Positions 29,426 to 39,391 of a DNA stretch of 48,285 nucleotides are shown here, piece after piece (position 1 is the first letter of the stretch; every line of letters begins with the position of its first letter). The notes beneath the pieces were generated by a model. That model did no database searches, was not told the origin of the DNA, and worked only from the letters and a program-made list of their open reading frames with translations. A program made the translations under genes and the position numbers. The DNA lies in sequence record SRR22947725_3492. The stretch is one strand, 5' to 3'.

Positions 29426-31738
29426 TTATGACCGCTTATTCAGACTAAAAAATACTTCCTCAAAATTTGCAGGTGCATTTAGCCCTGTTTTATTTGTTTC
29501 ATCTGCATTATAAATAGCATTTTTTAACGCAAGCCAGGTTGAGATAGCAAGCATAAGTGGGGGCTCACCAACTGCTTTTGATTTATGAATTGTATTTTCA
29601 TGATTTGAAATATTTGGTTTAATTTTGACCTCAAAGTGTTCAGGAGTATCTCCTATTGCAGGTATTTTATAAGTTGAGGCGCCCATCGTTAGCAATGCTC
29701 CGGAATCATTCCATTTCAGTTCCTCAGAGCAAAGCCAGCCCATGCCTTGAATAAACCCTCCAACTATTTGTCCCATATCAATTGCAGGATTAAGCGAGGC
29801 ACCAACATCATGCAAAATATCTACTGCTAAAAGTTTGTATTCACCAGTCAAACAGTCGACTATAACCTCGCTAACGCATGCACCATATGAATAATAATAA
29901 AAAGGACGACCTTTTTGTTTAACAGCATCGAAATAAATCTTTGGGGTTTTATAGAAGCCATTACTAAATAGCTCAACTCTATTTAAATATGCTGTTAATA
30001 CAAATTCGTCAAATGCTATCCTTTTCTTACCAACAGTAACAAAAGAGTCTTTAAACTCAATGTCATCATTACCTTCACCATAGAAATCTTGGGCAAAGAC
30101 AGTTAAATTTTTCTTAATACGAAGGCAAGCCTCTCTAGCGGCCATTCCATTTAAATCTGAACCTGAAGAAGCAGCTGTTGGAGATGTATTGGGTACCTTT
30201 GCAGTCGAGGTTGCTGAAACCTTTACACGTTCTAAATTAACTCCAAACTCATTAGCAACAACCTGAGCAACCTTAATAAATAGACCTTGACCCATTTCAG
30301 TTCCGCCATGATTTATATATATACTGCCATCTTTATAGATATTTACCAATGCCCCTGCTTGATTCAATAACTGAGTAGTAAAAGAAATACCAAATTTAAC
30401 AGGAGAGAAAGCCAACCCCTTTTTGAGATATGTATTATTCTTATTAAAATTCTTAATACTCTCTCTTCTAGCCAAATACTGACTATCATCTATGAGTTCA
30501 CTTGTAATCTCGTTAACAATATTATCTTCAACAACTTGATCATATGGCGTGACATTATTTGTTTCCTTTTGATAATAGTTTAATTGTCTAATCTCAAGTG
30601 GATCGACACCAATATTCATAGCTATTTCTTCAATAATATTTTCTATAGCAAGCATACCTTGAGGTCCACCAAATCCTCTAAATGCGGTATTTGAAGCAGT
30701 ATTTGTTTTGCATAGGAAGCCCCTAAAAGTAGCATTTGGTAAGAAATATGCATTATCAGCATGGAATAGGGCTCTAGAGACTATTGCTTTTGAGAGATCG
30801 AGTGAGTATCCACATCTTGCAGCAAGATCAACTTCAATTCCTAAAATCCTACCATCATCATCATAGCCAACTTTATAGTTCGCTTTGAAATCATGTCTCT
30901 TTCCAGTCATCAAAATATCATCTTTCCTTGAAAGCCTAGCCTTTATTGGGAGCTTAGTCTGGTTTGCAAAAATTGCACAAACGCATGCTAGCTGAGATGA
31001 ATCGGTCTCTTTACCACCAAAGCCACCTCCCATTCTTCGAGTAACTACTTCAATTGCATTCTGCGGAACATCCAGAACATGTGCTACTAAATGCTGAACT
31101 TCAGTTGGATTCTGAGTAGAAGAGTGAACTACCATTTCATTATCCTCTGTTGGGATTGCAAAGGCGACCTGCCCCTCAAGGTAATAATGCTCTTGGCCTC
31201 CAATAGAAATAATGCCATCTAGCTTATTTTTTGATGAGTCAATAGCCTTATTTGAGTCTCCTGTAGAGACAATTATTGGCTCATCAAGAAAGCTTTTTTT
31301 AGCCATTGCCTGATCAATAGTCACAACTGCCTCAAGCTCTTTTACATCTGTGGTAATTAGCAGTGCCGCTGCTCTTGCATTTTCATGACTATCAGCCAAG
31401 ACAGCAGCGATTGCTTGACCATAAAATAAAACCTCTTCATCAGCTAAAATAGGCTCATCATGTTTAATTGCCCCTATGTAAAGATTTTCTATGTCTTTTG
31501 CCAAGAGAATACTATGAACGCCCTCAGCCTCCTTAGCGCTTGAAATATCAATCTTATTTATTTTTCCATGAGCGACCTCACTTAATGCAAAGGCGACATG
31601 AAGAGTACCTTTTGGAGCTGGCATATCATCAATATAAGCTGCACTTCCTTGGACATGCATATGAGCACTATCATGAGCAATAGATTCGCCAATTATTGAG
31701 CTTTTAAGCTGAGAAGAATTTTTGGTGCTTTTATTAAT
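29426..31738 (-). CDS. xdhB: Xanthine dehydrogenase molybdopterin-binding subunit (probable ATT start at 31738)
   Basis: GGQEHYYLE, RRMGGGFGGKE, AFRGFGGPQG, GTEMGQG, TSPTAASSG and SKAVGEPP. The conserved IG.S..HDSA..HV.G motif extends upstream of the first ATG (31660) to an ATT that is preceded by an SD. Confidence 0.95.
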   Translation of the reverse strand: MNKSTKNSSQLKSSIIGESIAHDSAHMHVQGSAAYIDDMPAPKGTLHVAFALSEVAHGKINKIDISSAKEAEGVHSILLAKDIENLYIGAIKHDEPILADEEVLFYGQAIAAVLADSHENARAAALLITTDVKELEAVVTIDQAMAKKSFLDEPIIVSTGDSNKAIDSSKNKLDGIISIGGQEHYYLEGQVAFAIPTEDNEMVVHSSTQNPTEVQHLVAHVLDVPQNAIEVVTRRMGGGFGGKETDSSQLACVCAIFANQTKLPIKARLSRKDDILMTGKRHDFKANYKVGYDDDGRILGIEVDLAARCGYSLDLSKAIVSRALFHADNAYFLPNATFRGFLCKTNTASNTAFRGFGGPQGMLAIENIIEEIAMNIGVDPLEIRQLNYYQKETNNVTPYDQVVEDNIVNEITSELIDDSQYLARRESIKNFNKNNTYLKKGLAFSPVKFGISFTTQLLNQAGALVNIYKDGSIYINHGGTEMGQGLFIKVAQVVANEFGVNLERVKVSATSTAKVPNTSPTAASSGSDLNGMAAREACLRIKKNLTVFAQDFYGEGNDDIEFKDSFVTVGKKRIAFDEFVLTAYLNRVELFSNGFYKTPKIYFDAVKQKGRPFYYYSYGACVSEVIVDCLTGEYKLLAVDILHDVGASLNPAIDMGQIVGGFIQGMGWLCSEELKWNDSGALLTMGASTYKIPAIGDTPEHFEVKIKPNISNHENTIHKSKAVGEPPLMLAISTWLALKNAIYNADETNKTGLNAPANFEEVFFSLNKRS

Positions 31739-31756
31739 TTGTCCTTACTCCCTAAA

Positions 31757-33235
31757 TTAATTTAAATGAGTATATTCAGCAAGATTTTCGATTGACTCAC
31801 CTAAATACATCAAAATAGTTTTTTTAACTAAGTTTGCAGAAACTTGCAATCGATATTCTGAAGACGCCCTTACATCAGTAAAAGGAGAAAATTCTTCATT
31901 TAAAACCTTATAAGATAATGAAGCTATATCGTCATTTTGCCAATGCTTTAATAAAAAATCTTCAAGTTTTTTTGATCTTTGGGGGATGCCTGACATACCG
32001 CCAAAGGCTATCTTAAATGATTCTGGTTTATTGTTCTTAGATGCAATATTGATTGCCATGCATACAGCTGAAATATCATCCTCATATCTTTTCGACATTT
32101 TATGAGTTATGAGTTGCTGATTACCATTTGGCTTAGGAATGATAATACTTTCAATAAATTCACCTTGTTGAATAACTGTTTTTTTATATGTAATAAAAAA
32201 ATCTTCAAGATTAATTATTCGGCTATCAGCACCCTTTCTAAGCTTTAATTTTGCATCTAAAGCAATCAAAACTGGAGGCATATCTCCAATAGGTGAAGCA
32301 TTAGCTATATTACCTCCAATAGTGGCCCAATTCTTAATTGGTAATGAAGCAAAACGTTGCAAAAAAGCCGCTAAGTCAGGCCAATTACTTATGAGACAAG
32401 AAGCGGCATCTTCATAACTAACTGCTGCTCCAATTTCTATCTCATTAGCACCATCTTTAATCTCTTTCAATTCAATAACCTTGTTAACGCTGACAATATG
32501 AGAGAACTCTTTCATTGACTGGGTAATTTCAAGGCTAAGGTCAGTTCCAGCAGCAATAATATTAGTTGATGTATTATTAATGAGAATATTAGAGAGCTCA
32601 TCTATTGTTGAAGGAGCATCATATTTAATTGTTTTATTGTTCTTTTTAAAGCTTAGACTTATATGCTCAGGATTATTTAATTTCCCTAAGATATCAGTAA
32701 TTTGCTTCTTATTTTTTTTATAGTAGTCTAGAGGCTCATCATTTTTGTTATCAAACATTGAAAATGCTGCTGCAATTATTGGCTTGTAGCCTGTACATCT
32801 GCACAAATTGCCTGATAGTGCTTCGTTTATTTCATGAAGATTTACAGAATTTTTATTTTGATATAAAGCAAATAAGGACATGACAAATCCAGGTGTACAA
32901 AAGCCGCACTGTGAACCATTTTCTAGCACCATAGCCTTTTGAGAGGGATGGAGCTTATCATCCTCCATTAAGCCCTCAACAGTGACTAAATGCTTACCAA
33001 CCAAACCATAGGCTAGCGCCATACATGTATTTATACTCTTGTACTCGATCTTACTAGTCTTATTACTTGTAACAATTTCACCAATAACAGCAGTACAAGC
33101 CCCACAATCTCCTGAACCACAGCCTTCCTTTGTGCCTACAAGCTGATTACTTCTTAACCACTCCAGAACAGTTGTATTTGGATTAATTAAACCAAGATCA
33201 GTTGGTGAAGAGTTTTGATTAAGCAAAAAATACAT
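31757..33235 (-). CDS. xdhA: Xanthine dehydrogenase small subunit (2x[2Fe-2S] + FAD)
   Basis: GTKEGCGSGDCGACT, QCGFCTPGF, GNLCRCTGY, TIGGNIANASPIGD and KMSKRYEDDIS. Confidence 0.96.
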   Translation of the reverse strand: MYFLLNQNSSPTDLGLINPNTTVLEWLRSNQLVGTKEGCGSGDCGACTAVIGEIVTSNKTSKIEYKSINTCMALAYGLVGKHLVTVEGLMEDDKLHPSQKAMVLENGSQCGFCTPGFVMSLFALYQNKNSVNLHEINEALSGNLCRCTGYKPIIAAAFSMFDNKNDEPLDYYKKNKKQITDILGKLNNPEHISLSFKKNNKTIKYDAPSTIDELSNILINNTSTNIIAAGTDLSLEITQSMKEFSHIVSVNKVIELKEIKDGANEIEIGAAVSYEDAASCLISNWPDLAAFLQRFASLPIKNWATIGGNIANASPIGDMPPVLIALDAKLKLRKGADSRIINLEDFFITYKKTVIQQGEFIESIIIPKPNGNQQLITHKMSKRYEDDISAVCMAINIASKNNKPESFKIAFGGMSGIPQRSKKLEDFLLKHWQNDDIASLSYKVLNEEFSPFTDVRASSEYRLQVSANLVKKTILMYLGESIENLAEYTHLN

Positions 33236-33579
33236 TAGCTTCCTCGATATGTTGAATAACTATAAGGAGAAATTAAAAGTGGTACATGGTAATTTTCACT
33301 TTTTTCACTAATACTAAAACGAATAATGACATCTTTTAAAAAAGGGCAATTTATATTTTTTGCTTCAAAATAATCATTAACTATAAATTCAAGCTCATAA
33401 CAGCCCTCATCAAACTCTTCTTCTGACAGCAAGGGTTTATCACATCGACCATCTGTATTAGTTTTTGTTGATTTAATATGGGTTGAGCTTGTACCATCTC
33501 TTCGATATAAATTTATAACCACATCACTTGCAGGAATGCCTGCCGAAGTATCTAATATATGAGTTGTTAGTTGTCCCAT
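33235..33579 (-). CDS. uraH: 5-hydroxyisourate hydrolase
   Basis: LTTHILD, TNTDGR, YHVPLLISP and C-terminal YRGS. Confidence 0.96.
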   Translation of the reverse strand: MGQLTTHILDTSAGIPASDVVINLYRRDGTSSTHIKSTKTNTDGRCDKPLLSEEEFDEGCYELEFIVNDYFEAKNINCPFLKDVIIRFSISEKSENYHVPLLISPYSYSTYRGS

Positions 33580-34901
33580 TATGCTTCCTTTTTTTTGTAA
33601 ATATTTTGACCCAGAATATAGACCTCTTTAATTAGTCTATCATCTCCAAGGGTCATCAAATTAAACAATATATCGCTAATATTATTTGAGGTTTCAAGTT
33701 TGTTCTTTATTAATTCTGTGGCCTTTAAATCAATGACAATAAAATCTGCCTCCTTATTAGAATCAAAATTACCAATATGATCTTCCATATTAAGTACTTT
33801 AGCAGCAGCTAGTGTTGTCAGATAAAAGGCTTTAACAGGATCTAAGTTATAGTCATTTAACCGACATATTTTGTAAGCTTCATTCATAACCTGAAACATT
33901 GAAAAGCTATCACCCCCTCCAACATCTGAAGCGAGTGCAAAATCTATTCCAAAGGCTTCTAATTTATCAACCTCAAATAAACCACTTCCAAGAAATAAAT
34001 TGGATCTTGGGCATAGCGAAACTTTAGAACCCGAATCAGCAATACGTTTATATTCTTCATCAGTATTATAAATACAATGACCAAAAACTGAATTAGTGCC
34101 AGATAAATTAAAGCTGTCGTAGACATCAAAATAGTTTTTTGAATCTGGGAAGAGTTCTTTTACCCACTCAATTTCGTCAATATTTTCATTCAAATGTGTT
34201 TGCATGAGCAAACCTTTATTTCCATTAGTATCTGAATACTCATCCAACAATTTAGCTGCCTGCTTAAGTTGTTCAGAAGAAGATGTAGGAGCAAATCTAG
34301 GGGTAACTGCATAACTCATTCGTCCCTTATTGTGCCATTTTTCAATAAGCTCTTTTGAATCAAAATAACTATCATCTGAATTGTCGCAAAGGCCTTCTGG
34401 AGCATTTCTATCCATCATCACTTTACCAGCAATCATTCTGAGATTTTTCTTTTCAGCAGCAGTAAAAAAAATGTCTACAGATTGCTTGTATGAAGTACAG
34501 AAAGTCATTGCTGTAGTGGTACCATTTTTAATGAGTTCATCAAGAAATAAATCTGCAACTGTAGACGCATAAGCCTCATCACAAAATTTTTGTTCTTCAA
34601 TGAAAGTGTATTTATTAAGCCAGTCTAAAAGACTCGTTCCATATGAAGCTATGACTTTGTACTGAGGGTAATGTACATGAGTATCAATGAAGCCAGGCAT
34701 TATTAAACTATCCTTAAAATGATTTGATGAATTTGCATTTGGCCACTTAGAAAAAAGTTCATTAAAGGCACCAACTTCAACAATTTTTCCCGAATCAACA
34801 TCAACAACCATTAGGCCATCCTCTATATAGATTGGCTTTACCTCTCCCCCACTCTCAAAACAGTGGTAAATTGACCCTCGATAGTGATTGTATTCAATCA
34901 T
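33579..34901 (-). CDS. guaD: Guanine deaminase
   Basis: PGFIDTHVHYPQ, LLDWLNKYTF, GKVMMDRNAP, VTPRFA, QTHLNEN and SDVGGG. Confidence 0.95.
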   Translation of the reverse strand: MIEYNHYRGSIYHCFESGGEVKPIYIEDGLMVVDVDSGKIVEVGAFNELFSKWPNANSSNHFKDSLIMPGFIDTHVHYPQYKVIASYGTSLLDWLNKYTFIEEQKFCDEAYASTVADLFLDELIKNGTTTAMTFCTSYKQSVDIFFTAAEKKNLRMIAGKVMMDRNAPEGLCDNSDDSYFDSKELIEKWHNKGRMSYAVTPRFAPTSSSEQLKQAAKLLDEYSDTNGNKGLLMQTHLNENIDEIEWVKELFPDSKNYFDVYDSFNLSGTNSVFGHCIYNTDEEYKRIADSGSKVSLCPRSNLFLGSGLFEVDKLEAFGIDFALASDVGGGDSFSMFQVMNEAYKICRLNDYNLDPVKAFYLTTLAAAKVLNMEDHIGNFDSNKEADFIVIDLKATELIKNKLETSNNISDILFNLMTLGDDRLIKEVYILGQNIYKKKEA

Positions 34902-36076
34902 TAATTTGCCTCAATCCAAATCCCTAATTTCTCTCTCTCTTCATCGGTCATATTTGTAGTGTTAATTATTGGCATAGCTTTAGATAAAACTGCTTGCTTA
35001 TATATCTGATTCTTATGGGTAATAATATTCTCTTGAGTATCAAGCATTATGCCGTTTGGCGCAATTGCAAATGCCTTGTTTGAAGGTTTTGCAGCGTGAC
35101 AACTTACGCAGTGTTTTTCAATAATGATTTGAGCTTCAGCAATAGTTACTATTTCTTTATTCTGATTTTGATCTTTACTTTGTGATGGAGCCAAAATATA
35201 AATTAAAGCTAATGTTGATAATACAATTATGGCAATTAAGCTATTTTTTGCTTTACCAACCCCCCTTAAATTAAAGTAATGACGTACCATCACTAAAATC
35301 CCAATGACAGCGATTAATACCAACCAACCATAATCACCACTATAAATCGTTGGATAATGTCCACTAATCATCATAAATAAAACTGGCAAGGTGAAATAGT
35401 TATTATGTCGAGAGCGAAGATATCCTGTTTTTCCAAGCTCTAAACTAACTTCTGTGGCGTTTTCACAAGCATCAACCAGCTTTTTTTGAACTGGAATAAT
35501 CACAAAAAAAACATTTGCGACCATAACCGTTCCAACCATAGCGCCAATTTGCATGTAAACCGCTCTGGGATTAAAAATATTACTATAGAAATATGAAAAA
35601 AATGAAATCACTATAAATATGATTGCTATAAAAATTGCTGACTTATTAACCAATCTTGACTTACATAAGATGTCATATATAAGCCAAAAAAGTAACAAGC
35701 CTAATAAGCTCAACCCAATGCCATTTATTGCAGATATTGAGCTATCAGTAGCTAATAAATAGGTACTAGCATTAAAATAATATATAACTGAGAGAAGCGA
35801 AATTCCTGATAGCCAAGTAACGTACGCTTCCCACTTAAACCAATGCAATGGCTCTGGAAGGGTTTGAGGATATTTCTTGTATTTTTCTAGATGATAAAAG
35901 CCACCACCATGAACTGCCCATAGATTTCCAGCTATTTCATCTCTATTATTTAATCGATCAAGTTTATTTTCAAGCCAGTTAAAATAGAATGACGCCCCAA
36001 TCCAAGCTATACCAGCAATTACATGGAGAAGTTTTAAAGCTAAATTAAGCCAATCCATTAGATATATTTGCATCAT
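34901..36076 (-). CDS. puuD: Membrane urate hydroxylase with C-terminal cytochrome c
   Basis: HVIAGIAWIGASFYF, WAVHGGGFY, LHWFKWEAY, RSRHNNYFTLPV and C-terminal CVSCH. Confidence 0.92.
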   Translation of the reverse strand: MMQIYLMDWLNLALKLLHVIAGIAWIGASFYFNWLENKLDRLNNRDEIAGNLWAVHGGGFYHLEKYKKYPQTLPEPLHWFKWEAYVTWLSGISLLSVIYYFNASTYLLATDSSISAINGIGLSLLGLLLFWLIYDILCKSRLVNKSAIFIAIIFIVISFFSYFYSNIFNPRAVYMQIGAMVGTVMVANVFFVIIPVQKKLVDACENATEVSLELGKTGYLRSRHNNYFTLPVLFMMISGHYPTIYSGDYGWLVLIAVIGILVMVRHYFNLRGVGKAKNSLIAIIVLSTLALIYILAPSQSKDQNQNKEIVTIAEAQIIIEKHCVSCHAAKPSNKAFAIAPNGIMLDTQENIITHKNQIYKQAVLSKAMPIINTTNMTDEEREKLGIWIEAN

Positions 36077-36594
36077 AAGTTAAACTCCAACACCACATTA
36101 ATGTCATCAATAGAGACTTCTTCGCACTGCTCAATAGTATCAAATTCCTCATTATGTTTTCTGTCAATCACAATAAATTGTGAATTATCATTAATACTTA
36201 TGAGTGGAAAATGCCAAACACCTCGTGAATAATTTATTCCTTGCTGCCCATTCGTAATAAAGGCCCTCAAGTTTTCAATGATAGGGCTCTGCGAAGGTGG
36301 CGCAACAACTACTATAAAAGGAGAAGAGTGCCTTGGTATGAAAGTTTGGCTAAAGTAAGGATGTTTTTCTAACATTGAAATATGCAGCGGAAATCTCCTA
36401 CTCTTTGCGACAAATATATGAACACTCGTTTGACCTTTTTCCTCTAAAGTATCGAGGGTTGTGATATCTGAAAATTTTTGAGCAAAGCCATCATTGATTG
36501 TTCTGGACTCTTTACTTTCAATTGAAACGACCTCTCCAAAATCGGAAAAATTTTCAGAAGTTAATTTTTCTGGAATAAGTTTTATATTTTGCAT
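36073..36594 (-). CDS. allA: Ureidoglycolate lyase
   Basis: FSDFGEV, LEKHP..SQTFIP, GINYSRGVWH and VIDR. Confidence 0.92.
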   Translation of the reverse strand: MQNIKLIPEKLTSENFSDFGEVVSIESKESRTINDGFAQKFSDITTLDTLEEKGQTSVHIFVAKSRRFPLHISMLEKHPYFSQTFIPRHSSPFIVVVAPPSQSPIIENLRAFITNGQQGINYSRGVWHFPLISINDNSQFIVIDRKHNEEFDTIEQCEEVSIDDINVVLEFNL

Positions 36595-36596
36595 AG

Positions 36597-37595
36597 TTAA
36601 ATAAATTTACCAATAAATTTTAATCGAGCGATTCCACCATCCGGATAGATGTCAACTCGGACATGTGTAAAGGGTTCGTTGTGCAAAATGTCTTTCATAC
36701 CAAAAGTATGGATTTGATTCATCCCTAGTTTTTTTCTTTCCAGTAGCTTGGTCCAAGACCTACTACTTTCTATAATGCTAGCGTCTTCTTGATCAGAAAT
36801 ATTCGCTGTGGAAAGAGAAAATGTATGTGGAAAGTTACCCTTAAAAAATTTAGTGTCTACAATGATTTTCTCGACCTGAGCAGGCTTTGAAAGTGCGAGA
36901 ACACCCCAGTCGTTACCTGGCTTTCTTCTCCTTCTAGTTTCCCAGCCATCAGCCATGCTTAATGGCTCATGTTTTTCTAATACATTGCTTAAGCAGCCAA
37001 AGTGCTCATCATTTGCATATAAAGCTCTAGCACCACTCTCTTTAGACAGAACGTTAATACCCTCAAAATTTGAGTCTCTCTCATCCTCCCAGAACTCACC
37101 ATAAACTCTGAGTCTTGCAATACCTCCATCAGGGTGAAGTGTAATTTTTAAATGGGTAATTGGATTATTTGCTGCACATTCAAAACGGTTATGAGAATCA
37201 CCCTTAATTTCTTTTTTGCCTAGAAGATCAAACCATTCTGTGACTGCACTACTGTCTACAACGAGATCATCGGTTGTACCGCCAGGAACAGAGCATCCCT
37301 GAATTGAAATTCCTGGAGCAAAATTTCCCGTGAAGTGGGTTGTATCAACATTAAAACCTTTGACAGATGCTTTCTTACCTAAACGAATAAAGCAAAAGTC
37401 ATCCTTACCATCCCTTCTTCTTCGACTTTCCCATCCGTCCATCCATTTGCCATTGTCATCATACTTATCATCAATCCAAACTGGGTCGCTTGGTTGGAGC
37501 ATACGAGAAGAGTCAGCAAAGAATTCATCACTACAATAAATGACTTTAGCCCCAGTATCTGAGCAAGCAACATCGATGAGTTCTTTATATTCCAT
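36597..37595 (-). CDS. alc: Allantoicase
   Basis: Two repeats: SDEFFA...GKWMDGWESRRRR...PDGGIARLR and DEHFG...DGWETRRRR...PDGGIARL. Confidence 0.96.
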   Translation of the reverse strand: MEYKELIDVACSDTGAKVIYCSDEFFADSSRMLQPSDPVWIDDKYDDNGKWMDGWESRRRRDGKDDFCFIRLGKKASVKGFNVDTTHFTGNFAPGISIQGCSVPGGTTDDLVVDSSAVTEWFDLLGKKEIKGDSHNRFECAANNPITHLKITLHPDGGIARLRVYGEFWEDERDSNFEGINVLSKESGARALYANDEHFGCLSNVLEKHEPLSMADGWETRRRRKPGNDWGVLALSKPAQVEKIIVDTKFFKGNFPHTFSLSTANISDQEDASIIESSRSWTKLLERKKLGMNQIHTFGMKDILHNEPFTHVRVDIYPDGGIARLKFIGKFI

Positions 37596-38106
37596 AAATC
37601 TCCTTAATTCTAAGCCAAGCTATCTTATTAATTTCAACTAAAGCATTTGTCCTTTCTTCATCTCTAGAGTTATTCTTGCGCTCCAAAAAGGTCGAGATAA
37701 TTTCGGATTTATTTTTTTCTTTAACAGCCATAATAAAAGGAAAGTCGAACTTTAAAAAATACTCCTCATTGAGCTTTTCAAAAAGTTTAATTTCATCATC
37801 AGTGCAGTCACTGAGTCCTGCAGATTTTTGCTCAGTTGTAGAGAAATCTGTCAGCTCATTGTTTTGCGCTTTTTTACCGGCCAATAGTGGATGTGCAGTA
37901 ATCAGATCGTCCTGCATATTGTTATCCGATGAGAGCATAATTTCAGACAATATAGCATGAAATTTTTCAAGGTTGTTATATTTCTCATTCAAAGCTACGA
38001 GCTCTAAAGACTGCTCTACAAAGCAAGGCGAATGTTCGTAAAGGTTTTTAAAAGTCTTTAGGTACTTTTCTGAGGAGTATGACGCTAAATCAGATGGTAG
38101 TTTCAT
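37585..38106 (-). CDS. uraD: OHCU decarboxylase
   Basis: EHSP, AHP.LAG, EQKSAGL, LNEEY..KFDFPFIMAV and KIA.LR. Start moved to the ATG at 38106. Confidence 0.9.
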   Translation of the reverse strand: MKLPSDLASYSSEKYLKTFKNLYEHSPCFVEQSLELVALNEKYNNLEKFHAILSEIMLSSDNNMQDDLITAHPLLAGKKAQNNELTDFSTTEQKSAGLSDCTDDEIKLFEKLNEEYFLKFDFPFIMAVKEKNKSEIISTFLERKNNSRDEERTNALVEINKIAWLRIKEIYGI

Positions 38107-38116
38107 AATCTTAAAT

Positions 38117-39043
38117 CTAAAAATTGTTATACCAATGGTCTGCAATATCTCTTCTAGAGCATAACCAAACATTATCAAAAGTTTTAATATATTCTAAAAA
38201 TCTTCTCATGGCCATAATCCTCCCAGGCCTTCCCAGTATTCTTGCATGCATCCCGACCGACATCATTTTAGGGCTAGTCTCTCCTTCTTTATATAAAGCA
38301 TCAAAGCTATCTTTCAAATAATTAAAAAATTGATCACCTGAATTAAAGCCTTGGGGCGAAGCAAACCTCATATCATTTACATCTAAGGTATATGGAATGA
38401 TTAAGTGCTTCTTTTCAGTGTCAAAGCTATTTGCCCAATAAGGTAAATCATCGTCATAAGAGTCGCTGTCATAGAGAAATCCACCCTCTTCAATAATTAG
38501 CCTCCTTGTATTTGGGCTATTTCTTCCTGTATACCATCCTTCGGGTCTCTTTCCTAAGAACTCTGTCAGCATTGAAATACAATCTTTGATGTGATCTCGT
38601 TCAGTATTTTCATCAACATACTGGTAGTCTATCCAGCGAAAACCATGGGCACAAATATCATAATTATGCTCAACTAAATAATTAGCTAATTCTTTATTTC
38701 TAGCTATCGCAAGAGCCACAGCAAAAACAGTAATTGGGATATCAAACTCTTTAAAAAGACGAAGTATTCTCCAAACTCCGGCCCTTGATCCGTATTCATA
38801 GATCGATTCCAAACTCATATGTCTGACACCTTCATATGGCTTTGCGCCAACGATTTCAGATAGAAAGGCTTCGGAAGCATTATCACCATGAAGTATGCAA
38901 TTTTCACCACCCTCCTCATAGTTAAGAACAAACTGAACGGCTACTTTTGCATTATTAGGCCACTTTGGGTTGATAGAGTTTTGCCCATATCCAGTCATAT
39001 CGCGTGGATAACTATTAAGACTCTGAATGATCTTTTTATTCAT
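38117..39043 (-). CDS. puuE: Allantoinase PuuE (polysaccharide deacetylase fold)
   Basis: YPRD..GYG, FVLNYEEGGE, ESIYEYGSRAG, HGFRW, GWYTGR and PYTLDVNDMRF. Confidence 0.95.
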   Translation of the reverse strand: MNKKIIQSLNSYPRDMTGYGQNSINPKWPNNAKVAVQFVLNYEEGGENCILHGDNASEAFLSEIVGAKPYEGVRHMSLESIYEYGSRAGVWRILRLFKEFDIPITVFAVALAIARNKELANYLVEHNYDICAHGFRWIDYQYVDENTERDHIKDCISMLTEFLGKRPEGWYTGRNSPNTRRLIIEEGGFLYDSDSYDDDLPYWANSFDTEKKHLIIPYTLDVNDMRFASPQGFNSGDQFFNYLKDSFDALYKEGETSPKMMSVGMHARILGRPGRIMAMRRFLEYIKTFDNVWLCSRRDIADHWYNNF

Positions 39044-39222
39044 AATAATTTTAACTATAAATGACTATATAAGCTTCAAAATGCATTAATTATATGCCTA
39101 AATTTGATATCGATTATTGTAAACATTCATTTATTAGAATTCAAATAATTGATAAAAAATAATTAACAAACATGGCTGAAAGATACTAAGAATCAAAGAA
39201 TAAAAAATATATCAATTTTTTT

Positions 39223-39251
39223 TTGACAAAGACCTCCTTCCAGAATAGAAT
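39223..39251 (+). promoter_or_regulatory. Sigma70 promoter of the nucleoside operon
   Basis: TTGACA (39223-39228), a 17-bp spacer, then TAGAAT (39246-39251). Confidence 0.7.
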
Positions 39252-39391
39252 ATTGACAACTCGGGAATTTATTTTCTATATACTTTAAACTAAACTTGAG
39301 TTAAATATTAAAGATGTTTTAGCTGTCTTTTTTTTAATGACGGTTTTTCTTTCTATTTATAAATGAGATTAATAACTAAGGAGAGTACACA

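Noticed and set aside
39253-39284. Second promoter TTGACA...TATACT
   Set aside because: The spacer is 20 bp, too long for sigma70.
39044-39391. Canonical purine or 2'-dG riboswitch in the divergent intergenic region
   Set aside because: I found no conserved purine-aptamer core (UCUAC junction, kissing loops) on either strand.
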